Shown piece after piece: positions 1-13,526 of a stretch of DNA of 64,000 nt. The translations under genes and the position numbers were made by a program. Source of the stretch: Somniosus microcephalus (lineage: Eukaryota); the NCBI GenBank assembly GCA_052327205.1, contig CM126225.1, positions 21,204,001 to 21,268,000 of the forward strand. Reading direction: 5' to 3'. The notes beneath the pieces are model-generated. The model did not search any database and was not told where the DNA came from. It saw only the letters and a program-made list of their open reading frames with translations. The first letter of the stretch is position 1, and each line of letters begins with the position of its first letter.

Positions 1-1089
1 GATTAATTCGGTCTGGGGGTGGGGTCAGCTTCTAGCACGATATTTTTTAAACAAGCGCAAAAGATCGCGGAAACTCGATTTGGCTGATTTTGGGCGAATT
101 ACGCTTGGGGGGGAAAAAAACCAGCGGAAACTCCAGGTCCTGAAAGATCCTTTAAAGGGATAAATTGGGCAGAAATATCATGGGGATGAGACGTGCTAAA
201 GGATTTTTTCACAGATGCAGGTGAACAAATTCCAGATCCAGTCAAACAGGCTTGGGAATCTGGAGACATATGTTTAGGTCAATAAAGCACATGCTGTGTA
301 AAAGTTCAGAAGTTTTAATGCCATTATGATATCTGGAACCAAGCAGATATATTTTACCTCCGAATCTCCCAAAATATATAACATCATCATCAGTAGAGCA
401 GAAATGTTTTAGTGAATTTAACAGGACCAGATCGTAGTTTGTTTACAGAGTAGAAGCAATGAGGAGTAGCCAGCGTGGATTTAGAAGCTCTGGATCATGC
501 CTCACAAATTTACTGGAATTCTGTAAGAAGGTAACCATTATTATGGATAAAGGATATCCAGTGGAGAGAATTGACTTGGATTTTCAGAAGCCGTTTGATA
601 AAAGTTCTGCACCTTAATCTTTTGAAGATAAAGGTTTATTGAATCAACAGTAGATTAGCAAAACAGGATTGAAAATTGCCTTGGGAATAGAAAGCAGGAG
701 ATGATGACTATCTGGGGCCAGTATCTAGTAAAATTTCACAGAAACTTTGAGGGTCCTCTGGTGTTTGCAGAATTTATAAATGATAGGAAGGTTTACATAT
801 AATATACAAATACATAAAAATGCAGCCACGTGTAGTGCAGGGGAGATTGATACCACTCAAATTGAGCTGGGCATAATAATTAGGTGGATTAAGAAATGGC
901 AGATTAAATTTAATGTGGGTATGTACATATAAGGTAGAGCAGGAAACAAGTGCTCAGTAAATGGGTGTCCATTAGTAAAGGTGTAAAGCAAAAGGGTTTA
1001 ACTGTGAGACCACTGAAAATCTGTCCTCAATATATCCTGTTGTTAGCAAGGCTAGACGTGTATTGAGATGCACCTTATGGAAATTTGAT

Positions 1090-1775
1090 TAGAAGCTCAC
1101 GATGTGGTCTCCTCTACATTGGGGAGACCAAACGCAGATTGGGTGATCGCTTTGCGGAACACCTCCGTTCAGACTGTAAGCGTGACCCCGAGCTTCCAGT
1201 CGCCTGTCAGTTTAATTCTCCGCTTCACTCCCACTCTGACTTCTCCATCCTTGGCCTCTTACACTGTTCCAACGAAGCTCAACGTAAGCTCGAGGAACAG
1301 CACCTTATCTTTCAATTAGGCACTTTACAGCCTTCTGGACCCAACATAGAGTTCAACAATTTCAGACCATAACCTCGGCCCCAATTTTATTTCTCTCTCT
1401 CACATGGCAGCTGTTGCCATTTACACTTCATCTAGAGCCACCTTTTGTTTCTTAACTTGTCCCATTAGCATCTCCTTTCGCCTTGCACCATCATCCCTTT
1501 TGTCTTTTAATCTCTCCTGCCTTCCAACCTATCACAGACCTTCCCTTTTGTTCTTTCCTCCCCGCCCCCTATCCCTGCCCCTCCCCCCTCTCCCTGCCCC
1601 TACACTTGCTTAAAATCTGTTACATCTCCAACTTTTTCCAGTTCTGACAAAGGGTCATCGACCTGAAACATTAACTCTATTTCTCTCTCTACAGATGCTG
1701 CCTGACCTGCTGAGTATTTCCAGCATTTTCTGTTTTTATTTCAGATTTCCAGCATCTGCAGTATTTTGCTTTTGG
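1090..1775 (+). mobile_element. 5'-truncated Penelope-like element (GIY-YIG endonuclease end plus pseudo-LTR) inside an old CR1
   Basis: CGLLYIGETKRRLGDRFAEH...GPNIEFNNF; tail cagatgctgcctgacctgctgag...; degenerate CR1 RT sequence on both sides (~480-1085, ~1780-1940). Confidence 0.85.
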
Positions 1776-2188
1776 TTATTTTAAAGCTGTACAACTCAGG
1801 AAAAAATACATTTGGAATATTGTGCTAATTTTGGGCATCCTCCCTTTAATTGGATAGTGATGTACTGTTGACTGTTTACAGAAAGATAACGAGGGTTATA
1901 AAGGAAAGCCTGCAAAATTGAACTAGTTTTAATTGGAGGTAGTTAAACACCTCAAAAAGTACTTCATTGGCTGTAAAGCGCTTTGGGACGTCCGGTGGTC
2001 GTGAAAGGCGCTATATAAATGTAAGTCTTTCTTTAAGTGGGGAATTGATCCAGTTTGTTAATCCCTATAGTGTAATTGAGATTGATGATGAGAACTGGCA
2101 TTAGGATTAAATGAAAGGAATGGAGAATTGGATTGCAACAGTTTGTTGCACTTAATTTCTGGACTGCTACAGGCAGAGCTAAATCCAG

Positions 2189-2278
2189 TCCCTGTCCCGA
2201 CCTCTGCCTCCCTGTCCCGACCTCTGCCTCCCTGTCCCGACCTCTGCCTCCCTGTCCCGACCTCTGCCTCCCTTTCCC
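2189..2278. repeat. 20-bp minisatellite, ~4.3 copies (CCCTGTCCCGACCTCTGCCT)
   Basis: Directly visible. Confidence 0.95.
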
Positions 2279-3575
2279 TATCGATATCGGCTTCCCTGAC
2301 CCTTCTGATTTGCCTCACTGGAAACATTCACAGCCCTTCCATATTCCCTTATTGCCACAGTGAATGAGTCAGGGATTTTGTAAAAAAGATATTAAAGAAT
2401 CTTTATTAAATGATTGAATTTCTAAACAGAGTGCTGATCGCCTTCTAATTTGGTGGAGTGATAGAGAAGGAGAGAGTGTGAATTGGCAGTGCCCACAAGA
2501 CTTTGCATTTCCTATGTCAGCTATCTCTAATGGCCTGTTGTGAGTGGCATTACTCAATTAGTGCTGAACTCTAGGAGATTTGGTCCAGTGGTTTCACAGA
2601 GCTAGGTTGGAAGTGCCCAAAAGGCATAGCATTTAGAGACTGCATTACTGTAGTCTGACTATTGCCGACACCACATTCTTGTAGTTCAGTTGATTTATCA
2701 TCAGCCATTTCAGGGGCTTTGATCTATTTTTCCGCTGCCTAATAAATTATCAAGTCAGTATTTATATGAAAATGAATATGAACATTGGTATGTAGGGGTA
2801 GCTGAGCGAAGGTGGAAGAGTTGAGCTGGGTTTGTTTTTCTTGTTTACTTGAGGAGATCTGGCTTGCTTTTATGTCAAGGGATTATAGAAGCCATGAGCT
2901 CACAGAATCATACTGGCCATGATTGCCTCGGACCATGCTGAGTCTGCTGTGCGAGGCAGTGTAATCTCTGTAATAGAAACAGAAAATGATGGAATTACAC
3001 CGAAGATCCATCATCATCAACGACTGGAACGACAGACTGCTGTTCTCAGTGCAGACTGCAAACCTTCCCACACAGCCTCCGGAACCTTGTGTTTTTGTAT
3101 AAATAAATTATACCTCAAGGAACCGCTCTTCACAAATAAGCAAATTAAAATAGAAAAATCGACACGCATTTATGAATTAATGGTCGAGGTATAAATGCTT
3201 TTTCAAAAAATATTTTGCAAAAGAAAAATTGCTGATTTTCATATTGATATAATCATGGTCTATATTCTCAACAAGGTATTTACAGGAGGGCAGATTGATG
3301 ACATGGTTGTGCTTCTTTGTACAATAGCTTTCATGCTTCCAGATCATGCACAGCCAGACATTAGTGCACAACAACTTTTTTAGCGTGGTTGCTTGGTTGG
3401 GTCACTCTTCCTGTATAACTGGGGACCGGTGTAGATGTGCTTTTGTTATCCATTCGGCATAATCGATCCCGCCCTCTGCGGGTAGCTCTATCTCAGCTTA
3501 AAAGTGGTACCTAACTCGCCAGTTTCTTCTTTTTTCCTGTAGAGAAGCATTTGATCTCAGTGCCATCTGATCTCA

Positions 3576-4399
3576 GTGCCTGGATTTTGATACTGGAGGC
3601 GGGTAAGAGGCGGGACTACAACTTTCGGGGTTGTAGTCCCGCCTCCATCGAGTTGTGGCCAACCCACGCGATTTTCACTTGATTGACCTTGTTGAGCCCG
3701 CCCAGCGGGCTCAGCAGGCCATTTAAGGGCCACCCGGCAACAAGTGATGTCACAGATTGACATTTCATCTGTCAAGAGCTTTTGACAGGTGAAATATCAG
3801 CGTTTGACAGCTCTTTGAAGCTGTCAAATACTGACAATCTGTACTCCAAGTTAATTCCTTCCTCTCAGGCTGATTTAGAGATCTCTCCAGAACAGAAAGC
3901 TGAATGCTGCAACTTTTGACAGCTCGCGGCCATTCTGCTTTCTGTGCCGGTGAGATGAGGGACTCCCGAGACCTGAAGGAAGGAAGGCTGTAAAGGTAAG
4001 TAAAACTTCTTTAAACACTTTACACACACCAAACACACTTACCTCTGCACTCATGCACCCATCACTCACCTGAACACCGGGCATCTCGAACCCTCCAAGT
4101 CCTTCAGCCCGACGGCCCGCCTCGCTAACTTGGCGTGGTTTGGAGCCGTCAGGAATCCCACACTTCAGGAATAAAAATAGGGATTAGGCTAAAAACTGCC
4201 TGTTAACTACCTGTTAACAGGCAGTTAATTGGCACTAATCCCCTTCCCGCCTCGGGGAGGCGGCTCCCAGCACAGGTCGGGTATCCGCCTCCTTTGAAAT
4301 TGGCATGGAGGCGGGATGGGTTCGTGCCCCCCGATTTCGAGATTTTAACCCACCACACACCTCCAATCCCGCCTCCACGGCCCAATGAAAATCCTGCCC
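3576..4399. mobile_element. GC-rich PIF/Harbinger-like non-autonomous element
   Basis: Imperfect TIRs (gtgcctggattttga..ggaggcggg / cccgcctcc..tgaaaatcctgccc); internal TGACAG/CTGTCA palindromes; flanks TCA/TTA. Confidence 0.55.
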
Positions 4400-5215
4400 T
4401 TAGTGTGTGAAGAGTGGAGGACATGTGTCCATCTCCCGCCACTATAGGCACTTTTATATCGTATTGAGGTTTCCCAAGGGAGAAATCCAGACCCACGACC
4501 TGTGACCATTCTCCCAATTTTTCTGGTTTTCTTGCTATTGATCCAATCAAGGCCTGTTGAAGGCGGGAGACTTCCCATGGCTAAAGGGAGAGAATCTGTC
4601 TGCATGTGTTTAGTTGTAAACGATGGTACCTTGCAAGATCCACTGAAAACTGAGTCTCTGATGCTGTTGTCTCCCTGCAGGTCTAGCCCTTTATATTGAA
4701 GAGTGCCAATTGATACCAGGAGTACTGTACATTGCTGTTTATGGCACTTCCAATGTAAATATGTCTTGTGATACAGTGTTTGAGTTCCAATGTCCTTCAT
4801 TTTGAATGGGGTCTAGGGAATCCAGTCAAATCATGTAAAGAAATGGAGGCTCACTACACCTCGGGGCACTTTTGTGAGGCATCACTCCCAGTGCAGAGTC
4901 TTGCTAGTGGCAGGCATGGTAGTGGAGATAGAGCTCCAGTATTGTAGCCCTTGCTTTTCAGCCTATGTTCACCATGAGCAACAGTCTGCAAAATTACCCA
5001 TCGTAAGCCAGCATAGTGCAATAACATATTACTACACTACAAAGAACACACACTTCAAAGTCTATCACCAAGGTATATTTGTTATTTACATGGTCATCCG
5101 AAAGGAACTTCACAAACATCACTACTCAGTCTCTTAAAGAAATACCTTAATATCGAAGAGTGTGAAAGTATGTGTGTGTGAATTTTTTTTTAGTCTGGTT
5201 ATTTTTATAGACAAA

Positions 5216-5939
5216 GGCCTGGAAATTCATTAAGGCGCTGCCAGCTTTGCGCCCAGTTAACGCCTAAAGGGTGATTTTGCGCCAAAAATGAGTTTGCGCA
5301 GATATTCAGCGCAGCGGTATTGGCGGCGGTAGCCGTTAGCGCTGCGCCGGCACCGATGACGTCATTGGTGTGCGCAGTGCCCCGGTTCCGCCCCAAAACG
5401 GCGCCGATCCCCATATTTAGTTGCGGCCGCCTCCGAAGCGGCCGCAAACAGCGACCAGAAAACGGGGCCGTCCTGCTGCCTTAGTGGGGCGCTTTAAAGC
5501 GGAAGGTGCGGCCGGCCGCTTTTGCGGCGGCCACCTGCCCGCACCTCCTTCCCCGGCCTCCTCCACCCCCCCCCCACCCCCACCCCACCCCCGCGGCATT
5601 GCCGGCTGCTTTCCGCGAGCCCGGCACTTCTCCGTGGTGCCGGGCTCATTTGCCGGCACTATCCAGCGGCGATCTCCCCGTTGCAGGCAGCTCCCCCTTA
5701 AGAGAAGGAGGAGGCCTGCAGTACCGCAGCCTGCCGCTCCGCAGCGCCTGGCGCAGCGGCGCCAAGAGCGCTGATATTCAGTGTCAGCGCACCAAGCGGA
5801 GGCGGGCACACCCTGGTATAGCGCCCGCTTCCGAATTGGGGCGCTAACAATGAATATCTGACGATCGCTATAGGCTTCCCGCCCAGCGCTAACTTTTGGG
5901 CGTTAGCCAGCTGGCGGGGCCATAGTGAATTTCTAGGCC
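5216..5939. mobile_element. GC-rich PIF/Harbinger-like MITE
   Basis: ~31-bp imperfect TIRs GGCCTGGAAATTCATTAAGGCGCTGCCAGCT / AGCTGGCGGGGCCATAGTGAATTTCTAGGCC; AAA on both flanks. Confidence 0.7.
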
Positions 5940-6603
5940 AAAGTGTTGTAATCAAGGATTTTTTTGTATATCCTTGCTGTGTATTGTTTGTTTGCACAAA
6001 AGTGTGATTTTTTTTTTCTTTCTTCTTGAACCCTTCTCCAACCCTGATTATTCTTAGATCTTGTCCAATCTCAGTCAATACTGACATACTTAGACTTTGA
6101 AATGAACCCCTGCTTCCTGCCCCCACCAATATACCTCACACAGTAAAGCGACTAAATGAGCAAATACGATGCTAATGTAAAGACACAACAGTCGAATATG
6201 AGTCTACAGAAGAATCACTAAGGCTTTACAATCCAATGGTCAGACCACACTTTAAAGTACTATGTTCAGCTTTGGCCACCATACCACAAAGAAGACATTG
6301 GAAGGGTACCAAAAAAGAGCAACATGACTGATTCCAGCAGATGAGCTCTGAGGAAAGATTAGAGAAGCTTAAGTTTTACAGTGTGGAAAGGCAGGATTCA
6401 TCATCAGTATATTAAATGGTATAGATCAGCTAAACCCAGATTATTACTTCAGGGAAAGTCAGACCAGAGGAGGTAAATGGAAATTGGTGAAAAATAAACT
6501 TGAAGCGGATGTCAGGAAGACATTCTTTAATTCAGGAGTGATAAATGTTTGGAGTAATCTACCAAACAACATGATCAAAACAGTATCAGAGTATTCAGAA
6601 TAC

Positions 6604-7730
6604 CGCTTCCGACATGTCTTCCTTTTTCCGCAACCGAGGATTCCCCTCTACCGTGGTTGACACGGCCCTCGACCGTGTCCGTTCTATCTCCCGCACTTCT
6701 GCCCTCAACCCTGCCCCTCCCTCCTGGAACCACGATAGGGTTCCCCTTGTCCTCACCTTTCACCCCACCAGCCTCCACATTCAACGGATCATCCTCCGCC
6801 ATTTCCGCTACCTCCAAAGTGATCCCACCACCAAACGCATCTTCCCCTCCCCTCCCCTTTCAGCATTCCGTAGGGACCGCTCCCTCCGAGACACCCTAGT
6901 CCACTCCTCTATCACCCCCAACAGCCCTTCCCCTTCACCTGGCACCTTCCCGTGCAAGCGCAGGAGATGTAACACCTGCCCCTATACCTCCCCCCTTCCC
7001 ACTGTCCAGGGCCCCAAACACCCCTTCCAGGTGAAACAGCGATTTACTTGTAATTCTTGCAATCTAGTATACTGTATTCGCTGCTCACGATGTGGTCTCC
7101 TCTACATTGGGGAGAGCAAACGCAGATTGGGTGACCGCTTTGCGGAACACCTCCATTCAGTCCGTAAGGGTGACCCCGAGCTTCCGGTCGCCTGTCATTT
7201 TAATTCACCACCCCATTCCCACTCGGACCTCACCGTCCTTGGCCTCTTACACTGTTCCACGGAAGCTCAATGTAAACTCGAGGAACAGCACCTCATCTTC
7301 CGATTAGGCACTTTGCAGCCTTCCGGACTCGATATCGAGTTCAACAATTTCAGATCATAACCTCGGCCCCTATTACATTTTTACTTTTTTTTTCCACCCC
7401 TTTGTTTTGGGTCTTCCCTTCACCCCCCCCCCCTTTTTTTTTCTCTCTCCCACACGGCAGCTGTCTCTCATCCTGCCAGTACACTTCACACCTAATCTGA
7501 GCTGTCTTTTGTCTCCACTGTCCTATTACCATCTCGTCTGGTTTTGAATACCTCTTGATGTCTCTTTTACTTCTTTTGTTCTATCGCAGCCCTGCCTTCG
7601 ATCTATTTTATTTCCTTTCCAGTTTTGAAAAAGGGAAAAAGGGTTTTGACCCGAAACATCAACTCTAATTTCTCTCCACGGATGTTGCCTGGCCTGCTGA
7701 GTTTTTCCAGCATTTTCTGTTGTTATTCAG
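6604..7730 (+). mobile_element. 5'-truncated Penelope-like element with 248-aa open C-terminal/linker/GIY-YIG frame
   Basis: CKRRRCNTC linker, VYCIRCSRCGLLYIGESKR GIY-YIG motif; direct repeat TATTCAGAATAC at 6592-6603 and 7724-7735 (TSD); inserted into a degenerate CR1 (~6150-6600). Confidence 0.9.
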
Positions 7731-8753
7731 AATACAGTTTGGTGTGTGTCATGAATCTTACCATTCATGTAGAAATGACTCATGAGATAACACTGGGCGG
7801 CCAGCTGGTGGCGCCGTCCAAGGAAAGTATAAATACTCGGGCGTGGGCCCAGCTTGCTCAGGATGTTTCTGTAATCAGGAACTAGTGATGTAACTAGAAT
7901 CTCATGGTTGTGAAACAGTTGATTAAAGCCTTGTTTTATACTCAAACCAAGTGCTTAGTGAGTTTTCTTACGTCAGTGTGACAATGTAAAAGTTAGTATA
8001 CCATCGGGATGAACGTCAGAGGGCCTAAAGGTCTTCTGTCATCCATGACATTCCTTGTATTTCTAACCTTATGGTGCTGTACAGTCTACAGTTTGAAAAC
8101 CTGAGTAACAAAGTTCAGTTCAAGACCTTTATTTTGATCTATCATCTATTATGATGAGTTATTAATATAATTCTGATTTTTATATTAAAGTGGTTCTGCA
8201 GACTGAGTCATACCTATGAAAAATACCAGTGCTGAAAAGCCTAAACATGATCTCAAAACTGGATAAAAGTGATTAATTCAAGAAAGACTAAGGCCAGAAG
8301 AATTATCTTCCTCCAGATATGTGGAACATACTTCCATTATTAGTTAACACCATGACAATTAACCCTTTAAGGTGGGCAAATCTCTCTAAGAAAAAAGATT
8401 GGAGTCTATAAGGATAAGTATCGACACAGATTAGTCGGATATTCTATGGAACATTCTGCTTCCTGCCCTATTAGGACCATGGAAACCATCTGTGAAATGC
8501 AATTGGCCGGGTTGACCACTGTAAATTGAAGTGTGGATTGTATATTGTCTGCTGGGGGAAGCTCAATGGCTTTTTTCTTGTTACGTGTTTCTGCTCTTAC
8601 ACCCTCCATTATACTGCAAGAGACGAGCAAAAATTAAACTTGCTGTCTTCCACACACACAAATTAGAATGTTTTGCTAGAGTTTGATCAGATGATACTGT
8701 GAAGATTCTAAAAGTGTATTGAAAAAATAATAAGCGGATGTGTTGTTTTCTAG

Positions 8754-8876
8754 ATTCATGACACAATTGAATCTATCAATCAGTTGAAGATCCAACGTGA
8801 CTTTATGCTGAGCTTCAGCAGCCGCCCTCAGGAGTTTATCCAGGACTGGATAAAGTCACAGTGCCGAGACTACAAG
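8754..8876 (+). CDS. SMARCD2: SMARCD2 (BAF60b) antepenultimate coding exon
   Basis: ttttctag| acceptor and AAG|gtaag donor; 123 nt phase 0 encoding [41 protein letters not shown], matching the SMARCD C-terminal region. Upstream exons were not found in the window. Confidence 0.93.
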
Positions 8877-10412
8877 GTAAGAATCTCAATAATGGCAAGA
8901 AAGAAGCCTTTTCTACCTCTGGCTGTGACTTATTGAGATCTTATGAAGACATTGGGTAAGAGCAGTAGCTAAAAGCAATTACCAGGGTTTGCTGTTTGTT
9001 TCCTGGGCACCTTAGTGAAAGCACACCTAGATCTCAAGACGAGGAGACTTTTGAAGGTACAGGAAGTTGGGACATATCCCACAAGAGTGATCTAAAATAT
9101 GGGAAACAAATAATCTGACATTAAAAAAATAACTTCTTCTAAGCTTTGCTGCACCTGAAATGAGTGTGCTTGATGCTGACATTGGGGTTCGACTTGACAA
9201 GAACAGTCAAGGATAAGCAACGGCAATTCAGCCCCTCAAAACACATCCAACTCTCTAACAAGCCAGCCACATTCTGTTCTCCCCAAATATCTTTGACACT
9301 ACTGCCTTACCTAGTAGATTATTTGAAACATTTTTCTGCTTTAAACAGATTTAAATTTAAGCCATCTGGTTCAACTAGCCTGACTTTTCCACTTCTCTGT
9401 ATAATTAAAAGTCTTTCATCTACCACATAACCATAGTGTTACATTTCAAAGGTGTTCCTGGAGCTTTTGATTCACTTCAATACCCAGAGAGAACTGGAAC
9501 AGCCCATGCCTTAATGTAAACAGGTGAAATATACATAAACGAGTCATCACCGGAAAAAATAAAAATATTTCAGTATTTTCTATAGTTTAAGCTGTTAAAT
9601 AAAATTTCTGAACTAAATGTGTCATTTGGGATGAGGGTTTTGTGTCCAGATCTGCACCTGGTTATGTGAATAATTATGCAAATGAAAATTATATCTCAGT
9701 AAATGTAAGTGTTGTTGACACTTAGCCATTCGGACAGGATTAGCACTAGTTCTTAACTATTTAGAACTGACATATAAGTAGACCAGGAAATAGGTCCCAT
9801 GGAGTCAAGAAGTAACTCACAAGTTGAAAATTACCCCTCCCCCCAAAATCTCTAGCCTGCGTGGTTGAATAGTTACCAGTGACTAGCAGGCCAGGGTACA
9901 CGGGCTGATCCTGACTTACAATCGTATACAGGTGACGTCTTGTTCTGGCTTTTTACAAACTGCCTTCAGCATATAACTGTGTGTAAAGTGTTATAACAGA
10001 AAGGAAGTACCGTATAGGATTACCTTAATTATCTTTTATAGAAACCATTTCAAAAGACACTGGCTCTGCAATTATGTGGTGGGGTACTGGCACATGAATG
10101 CTGCCCATGCAAGGCCTGACATTTCCCTCTCCACTATTTTAGCAGAGCTGTTAACCCATTCATTTTAAACACCACTGCTAAAATCATGGAGGGTGAAATT
10201 ACAGACGGTGCGTTGGGCGTTTGCAGGCTAGCACCCCAAGGTGTAACTATAGGGCCACTGTACCCTGGTGAGGAACTTTGAGGCTGAGTAGCCCACAATT
10301 TTTCAGGCATAAAAGCGTTGTGGGTTTTTTTCCCCCACAAGATTTTATTAGCCCTTATACAAAACCTTTTCCACTCTGGTTAGAGGGGGGGAAACTCCAC
10401 GGTGCAACCATG

Positions 10413-10739
10413 TACAGGAAACTTTCGTTTAACCGGATGTCCGGAAAGCTCTATCTACCAGCAAAATTCAGGAGCCGTTTCCTATAAGTTTTTTTTACTT
10501 CTCGTTGCTTTTTTTTTCCAGTCAGGCTCTGCAAGGTCTAGCTGAAGCTGTTGCTTAGCTACAGAGACGCTTTTAAGCTGCGGCCGACTGTTTTGAAGCT
10601 GTAAGCAACAGGGTTTGTTGATTCATACGGAGCTCAAAAGCTCCGTATGTTTTAACATTAACGCTGGTTTGTACGGCAGTTTTGATGGTACGGCACCAGC
10701 TCGGTCCCGTCAGTGCCGGATATCAGAAAGTTTCCTGTA
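10413..10739. mobile_element. Tc1/mariner-pogo (Tigger-like) MITE copy 1, TA TSD
   Basis: TA-CAGGAAACTTT...AAAGTTTCCTG-TA. Confidence 0.85.
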
Positions 10740-10805
10740 ATTGTTTAATTTTGAGACTTGATGTGCTAAGATTCTTTGTTCAGTTATGCTCTGAATTGGA
10801 TCCAG

Positions 10806-10907
10806 GTTATGACTGATGTCACTGGGAACCCAGAGGAGGAGAGAAAGGCTGAGTTTTACCATGAGCCTTGGACACAGGAAGGGGTCGGAAGGTTCATCTT
10901 CTCAAAG
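10806..10907 (+). CDS. SMARCD2: SMARCD2 penultimate coding exon
   Basis: tccag| and AAG|gta; 102 nt, VMTDVTGNPEEERKAEFYHEPWTQEGVGRFIFSK. The ...GRxIFxK ending fits SMARCD2. Confidence 0.93.
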
Positions 10908-11159
10908 GTACTGGATATACGTTACACGCTTTCTGTCTTTGTGGGCTGTAAAGATGCATACTGTGGAGCCTCAGGGATCACATTTAAAGTGAAATTCATG
11001 TTCCCATTACTTTGCATATTCCATAAGTTGCTGATGTTGTGTTCCGATTCAGTTTTGAGTCAACAGTGCTACGAACAACACTTTCCAAATCTCCAGCACC
11101 ACAAAATTCAAACAAGGTAAATCAGCAAATAAGAAATAAGCACACACCAGATTGAGACA

Positions 11160-11311
11160 AGCAAAATACTGCTGGATGCTGGAAATCCGAAATAAAAACA
11201 AAAATGGCTGGAAGCACTCAGCAGGTCAGGCAGCATCTGTGGAGAGAGAAACAAGAGTTAAAGTTTCAGGTCGATGACCTTTCTTCAGAACTGGACCAAT
11301 GAAAGGTCATC
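11160..11311 (-). mobile_element. Penelope-like pseudo-LTR fragment with hammerhead motif
   Basis: Reverse complement of the tail at 1640-1775; CTGAAGA...GAAA core at 11256-11292. Confidence 0.75.
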
Positions 11312-12592
11312 ACAAATAGGAGCCGAGTTGCCTGGACTCCAAGGACCAGATTGCCAAGGCTCGGGCCGCAGATCAGGCGCCCCTGTTTAAAGGGCTTTAA
11401 CTCTTTTGGAAATGTGTGAACCAAAATCCCACTGTTCAAGTTTTAAAGAGAATGCAAAACCTGGGGGTGGGGGGGTGGGGTTGGAGGGGAGGAGAAGAGA
11501 GAAGAATGGTCGAGGTGTGGTCAGTTGTTTCCTTGTGCCACATTTTAAAAGTTTTTTCTGCGCTTGTTTTCCTGATTGACAATAGCCATGGCTTTTCAAG
11601 TGAAGAACAGTGGCTAGGGGCTGACTTAGTCTCACGTTTCTTTCTTTTCTTCTCTTCTGGAGAAGTGCCTGGTGTTTGCTCAGCAGCTCCAATTGGTAGC
11701 ACAGCTAAGACTGCGAGTTTGGTGTGTGGAGAATCTGAAGTGCAAATATACGCCCTGTCCCTAACCCCTCTAGAGAGCTCTGTATCACAGCACTCTGCCA
11801 TAATCTCCGAGCACAATTACAGGCAGTTACTTTAGAAAGTTAACTCCACATGCTATACCGCGTAATCTCTTTTTTATCCCTTTTCCTCTTCAGTCTTTTG
11901 TCATCATTCCATCTTTCTCACTTTCTTCTCCGAGGCTGTCTGGAGGTTTGGCTATCTGATCTGGAGATGTGTAAACTTAGATGGCTGCAGCTGTAGTCTG
12001 GAGGGAGATGAGGCGGGGATAGGTTTGGGAGTTTAGCCAACCCTACAGTGAAACAGAGGCAGTCAGAACCTGTTTGTAAAAGCCTTGTTTGGATCCGAAT
12101 TCTTTTTGTAGTGGGATTTTGAGAGATGTAAATGAGTGATAAGCACTGAGGCCTTTGGCTGTGGATCTATGTAAGTCACAAGCAGTGGAGCATTTGAATC
12201 CCGTCTGCGAGCCTGTATGGGCTTTGGGTCTCGCATTCATTTCTATTCTTTCTGGAATTTCCTTATTTTTGTCATTTTTAGCTCCTTATGGCCTTCTTGT
12301 GGTGTGTGAAGAACAAAGGTGCTCATTTTGCTGTTGCTTCCATTATTGGGACCCTAAATTAATGACTTAACTGTCATAGGTTGAACAAGGGAGGGAAGAG
12401 CGAAATGTATCAAGTGCATGTGGATTTCATATGAAATACCAGTCAATTCTGTCTTTAAGATTAGAACGAACCTGATCAAAACTGTAGCACCAAACCGCAA
12501 TACTGCCTGTATGAACTGGTCATTTTGTTGGCCAGCATCAGAAGATTACCATGAAAGCTGCCGCATTGTTGTAAAACCCCCTGTCATTCACC

Positions 12593-12880
12593 TAACGTTT
12601 CTGATGAAAGCTCATTGACCTTGAAACGTTAACTGTTTCTCCACAGATGCTGCCTGACCTGCTGAGCGCCATTCCCTTTAAGCCGCGCAGCATTCCAAGG
12701 ATCCCGCGCAGCCAGCTTGTCAGTGCGAAAACCGCACACGTGCGGTATTTTTAATGGCCTGTGCAGCCTCTTAAAGGGGCTGCGCAGCGGGAAAAAAAAT
12801 TAGAGGGGACATTGCTGCTGAGTCTTTCCAGCATTTTCTGTTTTCATTTCAGATTTCCAGCATCCACAGTATTTTGCTTT
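12593..12880 (+). mobile_element. Penelope-like pseudo-LTR fragment with 11-bp TSD, interrupted by a hAT MITE
   Basis: TGTCATTCACC at 12582-12592 and 12881-12891; CTGATGA...GAAACGTT core. Confidence 0.8.
12667..12814. mobile_element. hAT-type MITE, 148 bp, 8-bp TSD
   Basis: TSD CTGCTGAG at 12659-12666 and 12815-12822; degenerate TIRs; related to the element at 51818-51984. Confidence 0.8.
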
Positions 12881-13526
12881 TGTCATTCACCAATGTACAC
12901 TTAATGCCCTCAGGGCGTCTGGGGATGTTCAATATAGCAAAAACATTTTTTTTTTAAATACTGCTTTCCCGACATTTTGAGTGACAGATTGGAGAGCATA
13001 ATACCACCAGGTTCTAGCACTCTCAACACGATCAATGGTCACTTTGACCCCTTCTCTCCCCCTGCACAATCCCGATCTCAGACACCTCCGCAGGGAGAGG
13101 CAAAGTGGAAAGTCCAGGCTCTTTGTCTGTCCTCCTGCTGCTCACTCACGTGCAGATGATTTGAGGAGGCCTAGTGGCGGAGGCCTGGGAGCAGGTGAGC
13201 TGTCCAGAACTCGAGCAACGAGTGATGTACAGCCCAAAGAAAGAAAAAGGAAAGACCTTAAAATCACTAAAATGTTTCGCATGATGGTCTCCTCCACTGT
13301 TTTTGCAGAAATGTTATTTTAAATGAGCCAACAGCTCCAGTAACCTAGCAGATAAGGAAGTTTCAGACAATGTAGGAAATGTTCATAGGCTGGTATCCCA
13401 CGGCATAATTTCAGGACATTGATGTGGGGGAAGGAGGGAGGCAGTGGCAACTTTATTACCAATGCTACAAAGCAAAACTTACACAATGCAATATAAAATC
13501 GGGCCCACAGCATTCAAAACTTGAAA

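Noticed and set aside
5205-6129. Overlapping GC-rich ORFs or a CpG-island promoter
   Set aside because: They fall largely within a TIR-bounded element, are low-complexity Pro/Arg/Ala-rich and have no recognisable homology.
6614-7360. 248-aa GIY-YIG ORF as a domesticated host gene
   Set aside because: It is TSD-flanked, 5'-truncated, followed by the pseudo-LTR tail and repeated at 1085-1372; it is a transposon remnant.
1-8753. Further upstream SMARCD2 exon (..CYDIDVEVDDPLK..QEIASLD..)
   Set aside because: Searched by eye and not found; the DPLKT at ~4640 lacks the surrounding motif and splice sites, so the exon probably lies before the window.
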